DNA of 64,000 bases from Chamaesiphon sp. Lineage in GTDB: Bacteria > Cyanobacteriota > Cyanobacteriia > Cyanobacteriales > Chamaesiphonaceae. Below the pieces are notes generated by a model. The model saw only the letters and a program-made list of their open reading frames with translations, searched no databases and had not been told where the DNA came from. The stretch spans positions 1-64,000 of the forward strand of contig CBDFFH010000052.1 of the NCBI GenBank assembly GCA_965246715.1, in the 5' to 3' direction. The translations under genes and the position numbers were made by a program. How positions within the stretch are numbered: the first letter of the stretch is position 1; every line of letters starts with the position of its first letter. Below are positions 20,614 through 31,532 of the stretch, in pieces.

Positions 20614-20880
20614 CTATAGATCGTCGTAAATCTCACTCCGATGACCGATTCTAACGATCGTAATTAGTTCCTCATTTTCATCTAGCTCGTAAATTACCCG
20701 ATAGTCACCTACTCTCAGTTTGTAAAATCCTACTAGATTACCTGTCAATCCTAATGGGTTAATGCTATCGATATTTTCTGCCAGCCAATCGAGCTTTTTA
20801 ACGATTCTCATTTGAACTTGCGAGGTGAAATTTATTAAATCTTCCCTGGCTTCTGGTTCATAGCGAAGTGTGTAGCTCAT
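20614..20880 (-). CDS. RelE/StbE-family toxin
   Basis: LTGNLVGFYKLRVGDYRVIY..IGHRSEIY. Confidence 0.9.
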   Translation of the reverse strand: MSYTLRYEPEAREDLINFTSQVQMRIVKKLDWLAENIDSINPLGLTGNLVGFYKLRVGDYRVIYELDENEELITIVRIGHRSEIYDDL

Positions 20881-20882
20881 AG

Positions 20883-21089
20883 CTACATTAAACCCAAGCT
20901 TCTTTTTAACTCGTCGGCGGAGAGCGTTCGATCTTCTTGCTGGCGACGTTTGCGAATGGATAGTAATTGCTGTTCGATCTCTGGCTTAATTTTGCCATCG
21001 CTATCTACTGACATCTCAGACAAAACCTCTGCAATCGCTTGTTTCATTATTTGTTTGAGTTCGTCACGACTTATCTCATCTATTTTCAT
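20883..21089 (-). CDS. Putative antitoxin of the RelE toxin
   Basis: 68 aa, ends 2 nt before relE; C-terminus LSADELKRSLGL is typical of such antitoxins. Confidence 0.78.
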   Translation of the reverse strand: MKIDEISRDELKQIMKQAIAEVLSEMSVDSDGKIKPEIEQQLLSIRKRRQQEDRTLSADELKRSLGLM

Positions 21090-21241
21090 AATTATATTTA
21101 TAGATAGATTTTAATTTAAGCGATCGATTAGATTATAACACGATCTCCATCTCTAGCCCGTCCCAGATGTTAAAGACTCGATCGTGGCAAGGGAAAGTAA
21201 TGGCGATATAATTTAACTATAGGCAGCTAGATCGAATATGT

Positions 21242-21325
21242 AGAGTGGGTAAATTCAATACTAAAATCTATCGATCGAGCCAATAACATTTGCCCACCAA
21301 CAATCGATATCGAATCAATGATAAA
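21242..21325. repeat. REP-like hairpin repeat, copy B
   Basis: GTAG-AGTGGGTAAAT-33 nt-ATTTGCCCACC-AACAATCGATATCGAATCAATGA (the leading GTAG starts at 21240). Confidence 0.75.
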
Positions 21326-21389
21326 ATTTCGACTATCTGGAAAATTTATCTCGATTATCAAGATCATACGCTTCACGAACGATTCGATG

Positions 21390-21728
21390 CTAGTCACTAG
21401 GTTTTAAAAGTTGCCAAATCTTTTCATCGATTTGTGTCAAGATTTCTGGTTCTAATCGACCGATCTTCTTAACGATTCGTCGTCGATCGATCGCGCGTAG
21501 CTGAAAGACCATTGCGACTGATGGTAAAGTCAATCCATTCAATTCTGATGGCTGAACTTCCACCGTAAAAGCAAAGCGCGATGCACCGAGCGAAGAAGTA
21601 AGGGGAATTACCATCAACATTGGTGTTTGCTCATCGTCCGCTTGAACTGCAATTGCTGGACGCGTTCCTTTTTCTTCTCGCTTGTCGGATTCGGGTAAAG
21701 TGACTAATAAAATATCTCCCCTAGCCAT
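21390..21728 (-). CDS. PemK/MazF-family toxin
   Basis: RGDILLV..EEKGTRPAIAV..VIPLTS..FQLRAID. Confidence 0.9.
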   Translation of the reverse strand: MARGDILLVTLPESDKREEKGTRPAIAVQADDEQTPMLMVIPLTSSLGASRFAFTVEVQPSELNGLTLPSVAMVFQLRAIDRRRIVKKIGRLEPEILTQIDEKIWQLLKPSD

Positions 21729-21731
21729 TAT

Positions 21732-21941
21732 TTAAACACCTTTGCTTGCCAGCATTGCTTCGATTTGCGCTTCGTCTTCATCGCTAGCCGCTTCCCATCG
21801 CTCGAATTCGGCATCCAGTTCGTCATCTTCGTTTGCTGACTCTGACAATTCATTGCTATTGAGGATCGTCCAGACTTGCTCTAGAACCGATCGTGACGCT
21901 TGTGGTAGTTTTTGATTGATTCGATCGAGTAGACTAAGCAT
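21732..21941 (-). CDS. Putative acidic antitoxin of the MazF toxin
   Basis: 69 aa with acidic C-terminus WEAASDED; 3 nt upstream of mazF. Confidence 0.75.
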   Translation of the reverse strand: MLSLLDRINQKLPQASRSVLEQVWTILNSNELSESANEDDELDAEFERWEAASDEDEAQIEAMLASKGV

Positions 21942-22186
21942 GATATTTAGTATGCCATCCTTTGCTATTTGCCTAATACCTATTTTAACCTACCGATCGA
22001 GCATCCTCCAAAAAGCCTGTGACAATTATGCGAGCATAACTTATTGCCGATGGACATTCCAACCAGCGATCGAGTTATTTTTAGTTGAGCCGTAGGCAAC
22101 TACCCACCCTATAAACTTATGATTATCGATCGATCCAAACACTAGTTCTGTGGGTATTCTAATGTTGACGAGCGCTTTGAAAAGTT

Positions 22187-22657
22187 GTGACTTTATCTAT
22201 CGACCAAATATCCGATCTCTTCGCGGGCTTGAAAAAGCTGCCAAAGGAAGTAAATCGGGAGCCGACTTTTATGGAAATTGCAGGCTATCCACATTTCGAG
22301 AATGTCTGTAGCAACATTCTCTCATTTTACTTGCAGCCCAGTAACGAACATGGGTTTGGTACACTCTTTTTGGATGTCCTTGCGACACTCATCGATACAG
22401 AAATAGAAATTGACGGACAAGCTGTTGATATAAGACGCGAAGAACTTACTGATAATCAAAACCGTATCGATCTAGTAATCGAATCTGACAACTATATTGT
22501 TGGGATAGAGAATAAGATTTATGCCGATCCATATAATCCTTTTTGGGACTACTCAGAATATCTTGAATCATTGAGTGGTGGTCGCCAAGTTTGCAAGATT
22601 TTATTGTCTTTGCGTTCCATACAGACATTGCCTGAATTATGCGGCTTTTATCCAATT
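22187..22657 (+). pseudogene. PD-(D/E)XK nuclease-superfamily gene, 3'-truncated by an IS630 fragment
   Basis: ENVCSNILSFYL..HG..FL, RIDLVIE, IGIENKI; the frame runs into IS sequence near 22658. Confidence 0.78.
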
Positions 22658-23460
22658 GGGCAATTTCTCCCGTGGCAACATTGAAACTAGCAATCAAAGT
22701 CTGTGTGCCATGCCGAATATACTCAAATTCATGTTTGACGCATCGTCCTGGTTTCATCTCAATATCTGGCATTTTCCGCTCCAATGCTTGAATCCCTGGC
22801 ATCTCCTCCAGACTAAAAGTCAACTCCCCATGTTTAGCTCTTTCAATCGCTAATTCATAGACAGAGCAGATGTCTTCGACTTTGAACTGGTAAAAATCGT
22901 CGGGGGGGGATGCAACCAGTAGCCATTCTGGTGTGGTTTGAGATCTGCTTCTTGGAGTAGTCTGCCGACATGCCGTTCGCTGATAGTCTCTACAATCCCT
23001 TGTTGAATCATTTCTAGAGCTAATTCTCGCGCACTCCAATGACTTAATGGGCGGTTGTATTTCTCTGGCGGCTCACAAGCGAGGGCATATAGTTGAGTAA
23101 TCTGCTCCATGCTGAACCTGCCTGGGCTGCCTGGACGTGGCAGATCTAGCAGTCTTTCAAGCACAGGCACTTGTCTTGCTGTCAGTTCTCGCCATCTTCC
23201 TCGCCACAGACGGCTCATCTTCTTCGTGATGCCTAATTCTCTGGCAATTTCGCCATGACTTTCTTGTTTGTCTGCACGCAGCACTATTTTGACCCGCAGG
23301 GCTATTTGCTGTGGCGTACTCGGTCTTTTGAGCAGATCCTCTAGTTCTTTTCGCTCTAATTCGTTCAGTTCAATTGGCTCTGTACTTAATCGGGGCACTT
23401 TTTTCTGGCCTCCTGAAGTTCTTTCCTAAATAGTAACTCTATTTAAGCCGCTCAGTACTA
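22658..23460 (-). mobile_element. IS630-family element, 3'-truncated
   Basis: HTH ORF 22850-23398 (PRPGSP, HWSARELA, LKPH) and a -1-frame DDE start (EFEYIRHGT) joined at a C8 run (22902-22909). The left end begins TAGTACTGAGCGGCTTAA; no right end is visible. Confidence 0.88.
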
Positions 23461-23526
23461 GTCTGTTAACATCAAGTTCTATTATTGATACTGCTACTCA
23501 GTTTAATTGAGTCAAAAGCGTTAGTA

Positions 23527-23612
23527 GTAGGGTTGGCAAATTCAATACTAGATTTACTCGCTCGAACTAGTAACATTTGCCTACCAGCAATCGATATCGA
23601 TCGCATCAACGA
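23527..23612. repeat. REP-like hairpin repeat, copy C
   Basis: GTAG-GGTTGGCAAAT-33 nt (inner TACTAG/CTAGTA)-ATTTGCCTACC-AGCAATCGATATCGATCGCATCAACGA. Confidence 0.75.
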
Positions 23613-23764
23613 AGAATGGTGAGCAAAGCCTTCAGAGGATGCCTAAAAAGTTTAATTGCTCCGTTTACAGTTGGTAAATCCGCTCAAACTCGATTGAGCG
23701 ATCGAATTTGACATCGATCGAATTACCGTGGCATCATATAAACATGATATATGATGCAAATTTT

Positions 23765-24058
23765 ATGCTCAACATCAGTCGAGACATCAACTCTCTTTCT
23801 AATTTCAAGCGTAACACTGCCAGTTTTATCGATCGACTCAAAGGCACAAAGTCACCAATAGTCCTCACTATTAATGGAGTATCCGAGCTAGTCGTCCAAA
23901 GTGCGGAAGGTTATCAGCAACTACTCGATCGCATTGAGTATCTCGAAACAACTGCTGGTATTAGACAAGGACTAGGCGAGCTAGCCGAAGGACAAGCAGT
24001 TGCAGCCATTCCAGCTCTAGAGGCACTGAGGAGCAAGCTCCAACAGCCTAAATCATGA
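23765..24058 (+). CDS. Phd/YefM-family antitoxin
   Basis: INSLSNFKRN..PIVLTING..LVVQSAEGYQ; ATGA overlap with the toxin. Confidence 0.9.
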   Translation: MLNISRDINSLSNFKRNTASFIDRLKGTKSPIVLTINGVSELVVQSAEGYQQLLDRIEYLETTAGIRQGLGELAEGQAVAAIPALEALRSKLQQPKS

Positions 24059-24369
24059 ACTACACTGTCGAAATTCTGCCCCAAGCACTTGATAATATTG
24101 AAACTGCTTATCGGTGGATGGCGGATAATTTCAGTCCCGAACGTGCTGAGCAGTGGTATGACGAATTAATGGTAGCCGTTCGATCTTTGGAGAAGTTTCC
24201 TAATCGTGGGCCTCAAGCTCCAGAAGCTGCTGAGTTCGAGCTAGATATTCGTCAGTTATTTGTAGGTAAAGGGAGGCAATATCGAATTTTGTTCTCGATC
24301 GAGAAGGGACGTGTTTCTATTTTATATGTTCGTCACGCTAGTCAATCTTGGTTATGGCGAGAAGAATGA
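24055..24369 (+). CDS. RelE/ParE-family toxin
   Basis: SLEKFPNRGP, IRQL..YRILF, ILYVRH. Confidence 0.9.
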   Translation: MNYTVEILPQALDNIETAYRWMADNFSPERAEQWYDELMVAVRSLEKFPNRGPQAPEAAEFELDIRQLFVGKGRQYRILFSIEKGRVSILYVRHASQSWLWREE

Positions 24370-24370
24370 A

Positions 24371-24430
24371 GGTGGATAATTTCTTAATATTTGTCCACCA
24401 ACAATCAATATCGATCGAATCAACGATAAA
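24371..24430. repeat. REP-like hairpin repeat, copy D (shortened loop)
   Basis: GGTGGATAAT-ttcttaat-ATTTGTCCACC-AACAATCAATATCGATCGAATCAACGA. Confidence 0.6.
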
Positions 24431-24454
24431 TTGTGGGTTAGGTTGCTAGTTTCA

Positions 24455-24868
24455 TTACATTATTAGATCTGTAAATATAATGTCTTTTAATTGCGAGCCT
24501 GATTTCAATAGCTCATTGATTACATGAAACTCCGCACTCCTGCCAGCTACTGAAACCCATTTATCTCCACTCATATTACCTATTTTGGACTGAGCCAATA
24601 TAGTTGATTGGTTGAAAATCTCTTCTTCAGTAAGATTTCTTCTCACCTAAACTTCCTTGCTTATTGAAACAACATAAGTGCTGGGGAAATTGATTTCTTC
24701 TGACGCAAGCATTACTCTGACAAATGCGATAGGCATAAAACATACAATTTTCCATGCGATTTCTTCATCAATTCCTTTAAATATTAAGATCTCAGCTATT
24801 TCTAAGTTTTCGGCTTGTCTATTTTCATGAAAAATATCTATAAATTCAGATAGTCTTTTTACATTCAT
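24455..24868 (-). pseudogene. AT-rich hypothetical gene with an in-frame TAG
   Basis: ORFs 24647-24868 and 24455-24646 are contiguous in one frame, separated only by TAG at 24647-24649. Confidence 0.6.
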
Positions 24869-24945
24869 AAATCAGTTAACCTGAAGACAAAAGGTTGTTA
24901 TATTAAATATTCCCAATTTTTAAAGCTTAATAACACTAATATTCA

Positions 24946-24986
24946 AGCAAGATCCCCGACTTCTCGAAGAAGTCGGGGATCTTGCT
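24946..24986. repeat. Perfect palindrome downstream of thiC (cyanobacterial dispersed repeat, possible terminator)
   Basis: AGCAAGATCCCCGACTTCT-cga-AGAAGTCGGGGATCTTGCT. Confidence 0.75.
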
Positions 24987-25006
24987 AAACACTCAATAGT
25001 AGTAAT

Positions 25007-26487
<1,481 letters not shown>

Positions 26488-26592
26488 ATAGTTGTAGATT
26501 CTAACATTTACCTATCTGTTTGGGGTTTGCCGATCGCGCGAACGTTGTTAAGATTTACAGTTGTTTGGCTAGTGGATAGTTTTAGTACTTTA

Positions 26593-26765
26593 TGTAAGTT
26601 CGGGTTAAGCATATTGGCTCCGCTCCGGCTCCACCTACGATTGAAATCGTGGCTCATGGTGCAAAGTCCGCCTACGCGGACTAGGAAATTCAGTCCGTGT
26701 AGGCGGACTTTACAACACGAGCGGCGGTTTTAACCGCTGAAGTTATAGATAGCAACCAGCTTACA
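26593..26765. repeat. Palindromic REP/MITE-like element, copy 1
   Basis: CCTACGATTGAAATCGTGGCT, AAAGTCCGCCTACGCGGACT..AGTCCGTGTAGGCGGACTTT, GCGGTTTTAACCGC; homologous to 38737-38898. Confidence 0.75.
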
Positions 26766-26851
26766 GATATCACCCATTGCGACGATCGAATCTTGGCAGC
26801 GATCGAGTGACATTGTAAGATAAAGCTAATTTCTAATTCGCTTGCAAAAAT

Positions 26852-28675
26852 ATGTCACGTTCTTCTTGGTTTTTGACTGCGGCGTTGGTAGGGACACAGG
26901 TAGCGCTGGTACAGCCAGCGGTAATGGCAGTAAAGTCAGAGGCGGAAGTAAAATCGATCGCACGAGCAGTTACAGTCGAGATTCGATTGCAGCAAGATAG
27001 TAGCGTCGGTTCGGGAATAATTATCGCGCATCAAGGCGACCTCTACACGCTCGCCACCAATCGGCACGTTGTCTGTGGAAGTGGCAGTCGCAAAAAAGTC
27101 CCAACTGGAGAGACTTATGAGCTGGGACTGGCAGATGGACAAAAATATCGAGTCACAGCCAACAGCGTCAAACTCATCGGCACCGATCTCGATCTGGCGA
27201 TCGTCCAGTTTCGGAGTAGCCGCCAGTATCCAGTCGTGCAGTTAGGTACTGCTAGCGCGTTAAAGGCAGGTGATGTAGTGTATACCGCTGGATTCCCGCT
27301 CCAACAACCTGGATTTAGCTTCAATCAGGGCAAGGCGATCGCGATAGTTGATCGACGGATTACGGGCGATCGCGGCGGCTACAGCATTGTTTATGATGCC
27401 GTTACTTTACCAGGAATGAGCGGCGGTGGTGTGTTCGATCGGAATGGTTTGTTGGTGGCTATTCATGGGCAAGGCGAACGGTATGGCGAAAATACCAATC
27501 TTGATGATAAGTCTAGAGTCGGCAGCAAAATCGGTTATAACCGAGGCATTCCCGTCCGGTGGCTAGGGCAAGATCTCGCAGGTACAGGAATTAATATCGG
27601 CGGAGAGCGGTTGCCTTCTGGCTTCAGAGCAGCTAGAGAACAAACACCAGCTAGTGCCGATGAGTACTTTATTGCCGGTTTTAATAAATTTGTAGAGCCT
27701 GGAGCTGATGTAGTTGTAGGGAAACGTTCGGCGATTCAGGAATTGAACAAGGCGATTCAAATTAACCCACGCTACACGTTTGCTTACTTCACTCGTGCCG
27801 TTATCTACGAGCAACTTCAGGAGTTTCGGCAGTCTTTAAGCGATTACGATCGGGCGATCGCCCTCACTCCTAAATATGTCAATTCCTACATCAATCGGGG
27901 TGTTTTGAAATATGAAAAGCTCAATGACAGCCAAGGTGCATTAGCCGATTACAATCGGGCGATCCAACTCGATCCTAAAGATGCCGATGCCTACAACAAT
28001 CGGGGTCTTCTTAAACAGGACAAGCTCAATGACAGTCAAGGTGCATTAGCCGATTACGATCGGGCGATCGCCCTCACTCCTCAATCTGCCGAAGCCTACA
28101 TCAATCGGGGTGCTTTGAAATATGAAAAGCTCAATGACAGCCAAGGTGCATTAGCTGATTACGATCGAGCGATTACCCTCAATTCCAAAGATGCCAGAGC
28201 CTACAACAATCGGGGTCTTCTGAAAAAGAACAAGCTCAATGACAGTCAAGGTGCATTAGCCGATTACAATCGGGCGATCGCCCTCAATCCTGAATATGCC
28301 GGAGCCTACAACAATCAGGGCAATCTGAAATATGAAAAACTCAATGACAGCCAAGGTGCATTAGCCGATTACGATCGGGCGATCCAACTCGATCCTAAAT
28401 ATGTCGAAGTTTACTACAATCGGGGCAGACTGAAACAGGTCAATCTCAATGACAGCCAAGGTGCATTAGCCGATTACGATCGGGCGAGCGCCCTCAATCC
28501 TAAATTTGCCGAAGCCTATAACAATCGGGGCGTTCTAAAAGCTACAAAACTAAATGATAAAGCAGGAGCAATCCAAGATTTTCGGCAAGCAGCAAAGCTA
28601 TTTCGCGCACAGGGACAAACTCAAAACTATCAAAAGGCGATCGATGTTTTACGACTGCTAGGTGCGACAGAATAA
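26852..28675 (+). CDS. Secreted trypsin-like serine protease with TPR repeats
   Basis: Signal peptide; catalytic triad TNRHV, DLAI, GMSGG; C-terminal TPR array. Confidence 0.92.
   Translation: MSRSSWFLTAALVGTQVALVQPAVMAVKSEAEVKSIARAVTVEIRLQQDSSVGSGIIIAHQGDLYTLATNRHVVCGSGSRKKVPTGETYELGLADGQKYRVTANSVKLIGTDLDLAIVQFRSSRQYPVVQLGTASALKAGDVVYTAGFPLQQPGFSFNQGKAIAIVDRRITGDRGGYSIVYDAVTLPGMSGGGVFDRNGLLVAIHGQGERYGENTNLDDKSRVGSKIGYNRGIPVRWLGQDLAGTGINIGGERLPSGFRAAREQTPASADEYFIAGFNKFVEPGADVVVGKRSAIQELNKAIQINPRYTFAYFTRAVIYEQLQEFRQSLSDYDRAIALTPKYVNSYINRGVLKYEKLNDSQGALADYNRAIQLDPKDADAYNNRGLLKQDKLNDSQGALADYDRAIALTPQSAEAYINRGALKYEKLNDSQGALADYDRAITLNSKDARAYNNRGLLKKNKLNDSQGALADYNRAIALNPEYAGAYNNQGNLKYEKLNDSQGALADYDRAIQLDPKYVEVYYNRGRLKQVNLNDSQGALADYDRASALNPKFAEAYNNRGVLKATKLNDKAGAIQDFRQAAKLFRAQGQTQNYQKAIDVLRLLGATE
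27836..28540 (+). repeat. Tandem 105-bp TPR-coding repeats
   Basis: AATGACAG(C/T)CAAGGTGCATTAGC recurs at 27923, 28028, 28133, 28238, 28343 and 28448. Confidence 0.9.
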
Positions 28676-28967
28676 TCTGGGAAATGTCTCTCTTGAGGAC
28701 GGGGAAATTACTACCGCTGTGAGTGAAAGTGTCTCTAGCATCGACTCGATCGCGCGCGATCGATATTCCCAATCTAAAATTTCGATTCAGATTCTCGCTG
28801 TTGTTGCAGCGTTTTTTGGAGTTTAAATTTACTAATTGGTTACGATCGAGTTAGATCGAGCCAGTTAATATCTATGCTTATCCAAACTTCCGATCGGACT
28901 ACCGCGCAGATTGTTTATCCTGACTCTGACGGCTTATAGTGAGAGGGCGTGGCTAAATTGGGATGAT

Positions 28968-29799
28968 ATGAATAGTAATTGGGAAAATTTTTTACAGAAT
29001 CTAGGTGAATGGCAAGGCTCTTTTACCAATGTATCGATCGAGGGTGAATTACTCGATTCGACTCCTTCAGATTCTTAAGCTATCAGGTGCCGAAGATAAT
29101 AAGTTGGTGACGCTGCACTTGCGACGCTTTCCGGCGGGTGGTTACAGCGAGCCGCCGATTTCGGATATCTTACAAGAGTATCGATCGCTTGGTAAGCAGG
29201 TGATTTTTTTCGATACTGGGGCATTTTCTAAAGGTTCGTTGCAAGTTGCCCCATATTCAGAATTTGGTGCAGAATATGGCTTTGCCTCCCCCAGTCGGCG
29301 CTTGCGGTTCGTCCAATTATTCGATCGCGATAGCAATTTTACGAAACTCGTGTTCATTCGCGAAGCTCGGAGTGGCTCGAATGCTCCAGAACGTCCACAG
29401 CTAGATGTAGAGCAATTATTTGGCAAATGGGAAGGCATCGCCCAGACATTTTACCCAGATGGGAAGCCGTCAGAATCGATCGCGACTAGCTTAATTATTC
29501 GAGATATTGGTAATCGTAGATTGCAACAAGAATTAGCTTTTGCCGGACGCACTATTTCTTCAACTGCCACAATTACAGGCAAGCAAATTCAATTTGACGA
29601 AGGTTCGCCACGGCGGATTTTATTGTTACCAGATGGCGGTTCGAGTAACGTACCGCTCAAGGTCAGTCATCGAGAACCATTTTTTGTCGAAACGGGTTGG
29701 CTGCTGAGCGATAACGAACGCCAGCGGCTGATGCGGAGTTATAACGATAAAGGTGAATGGATTAGTTCGACACATATTATCGAACATCGAGTTGGATAA
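28968..29799 (+). pseudogene. DUF3598-family protein, frameshifted (possibly an assembly error)
   Basis: MNSNWENFLQNLGEWQGSFT from ATG 28968 is out of frame with the body (ILLLPDGGSS, QRLMRSY) by one extra base near 29069-29070. Confidence 0.8.
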
Positions 29800-29876
29800 T
29801 GGTAGTATTTAAACGCGATCGTCGTTTGGAATGTTAACGCTGGGAAAAAGATATTCAATCAATTTGTTGGTAAGTA

Positions 29877-29980
29877 AGTAGGTAGGTGCAATTATTTATA
29901 AAATAGATTATGCCTGAAACCTAGTTGGTGGGCAGTGCCCACCCTACACGATATCTTATATTTAATTACGCCCATCTACT
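29877..29980. repeat. MITE-like element carrying a REP hairpin
   Basis: Imperfect terminal IRs AGTAGGTAGGTGCAAT / ATTACGCCCATCTACT; internal GGTGGGCAGTGCCCACCCTAC. Confidence 0.6.
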
Positions 29981-30030
29981 GGTAAAAATTTATCTGTCTC
30001 GATTGGTTATTCCCTCTCAATAGTTTTTAT

Positions 30031-31428
30031 ATGAATTTTGTCGCGATTGATTTTGAGACAGCCAATCGTAATGCAGATAGTGCCTGCGCGATCGGATTAG
30101 TCAAAGTAGAAAATTTTCAAGTAGTCCAACAAAAAGAATATCTGATTCGTCCACCGACAAGTTGGTTTGAATTTACCTATATTCACGATATCGATTGGTC
30201 GATGGTTGTGGGACAGCCGACATTTGCCGAACTTCAGCCGCAGATCGATGATTTTTTAGAAGGGGCGGATTTCTGGCAGCGCATAATGCTAGTTTCGATC
30301 GCAAAGTTTTAGAGGATGTTTGAAAAGTTTCTGGTCAAATTTTATGCTAAACGCCGCACCATTATACGGATCATCACCAGATAAATAAATGTCTCGGATG
30401 TTTCAGGTAGTTTCTCATAATCTCTGGTCAATCGCCGACAGTTCATTAACCAACCAAAGGTACGTTCGACAACCCAACGCTTAGGTAATAGCACAAATCC
30501 TTTATGTTCTTTTGGTCGCAGCACGACCTGCACCAGCCAATGACAGACATCCATTACCAAGTGCAGAAAATTCTCACCACTAAAACCACCATCCACCCAA
30601 ATTGTATGCAGTCGAGATACCGATTGACCCATTTGTTTGACTTTTTTCAACACTTGGATGCCACCATCCTCGTTCAGTGATATTGGCTGCTGTCACCCAT
30701 ACCCGTAAGACTAAGCCGAGTGTGTCTACTGTCACAAACCGCTTTCTGCCCTTGATTTGCTTACCTGCATCATAACCAACTGCCTCACTGACCATTGCGG
30801 CACTTTTGACACTTTGGCTATCGATTGCAGCCTCTGATGGGCTGGGTTGACGCTCTTGTTCTATTCTTACCCATGCTCTCAACCGATCGTGGATTTTGAC
30901 CCATGTTCCATCCTTGCGCCAGTCTCGAAAATAAGTATATACCGTCTGCCATGCTGGGAAATCTCCTGGTAACGCTCGCCAACGACATCCTTCACACAGT
31001 AGATAGAAGATTGCGTTGATTACCTCTGCGATCTCCACCTCTCGTGGACGACCACCTGGCTTTGGTGCTGGAATCATCCCACTAATTAATTCAAATTGGT
31101 CTGTGGTCAGGTTACTAGGATATGCTTTACTCATTCTGCTCACTTAGCACTACTCATTATCTATCTGTAGTCTATACCGAGTGAGCTTTTTACCAACTGA
31201 CTTTTCAAACATCCTCTTAAAACTTATCGATTAAAACGTCAATCTTCCAAATTCTTATGTACGGTGCAATTGGCTCGTCAACATTGGCAAATCAGACCCA
31301 CTAAATTATCTGATGTTTGTCGTAGACTAGACATTAAACTTCAACATCACAATGCTCTTTCTGATGCTCATGCTTGCGCCCAAATCATTATTAATGCTGG
31401 AGATAGAGCAAGATTAGATGTAATTTAA
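30031..31428 (+). pseudogene. DEDDh 3'-5' exonuclease (Pol III epsilon-like) interrupted by an IS5 element
   Basis: AIDFETAN, then (after a 1-nt gap) AAHNASFD before the IS; FLCTVQLAR..HHNALSDAHACA after it. Confidence 0.88.
30312..31216 (-). mobile_element. IS5-family element (IS1031-like)
   Basis: Perfect 17-bp terminal IRs GAGGATGTTTGAAAAGT with TTA on both flanks. Transposase motifs YPSNLT, GCRWRALPGDFP, IDSQSVK, KRWVVERTFGW; split by one extra base near 30668. Confidence 0.95.
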
Positions 31429-31532
31429 AGTATATATATTTTAGCGATCGCTAATAAAAGCTGGCTCTTCATTACTTAACGTGAGTTTGGGTTAAGGGTA
31501 TTTGCTTCGTTATTTGTAAATCTATTTAACCG

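Noticed and set aside
20295..20636. 113-aa minus-strand ORF
   Set aside because: It is the antisense of the duplicated Phd-ParE fragment plus repeat A.
22446..23039. 197-aa ORF as an independent gene
   Set aside because: Only the middle is IS630 transposase; the end is antisense of the nuclease gene past the fusion junction.
20546..24430. The four hairpin repeats as a CRISPR array or classical integron attC sites
   Set aside because: Spacing is 0.7-2.3 kb with whole genes between copies. There are no cas genes, no RYYYAAC..GTTRRRY ends and no integrase in the window.
27836..28540. 105-bp repeats as CRISPR or a diversity-generating retroelement
   Set aside because: They are in-frame TPR units without unique spacers, and there is no reverse transcriptase or separate template repeat.
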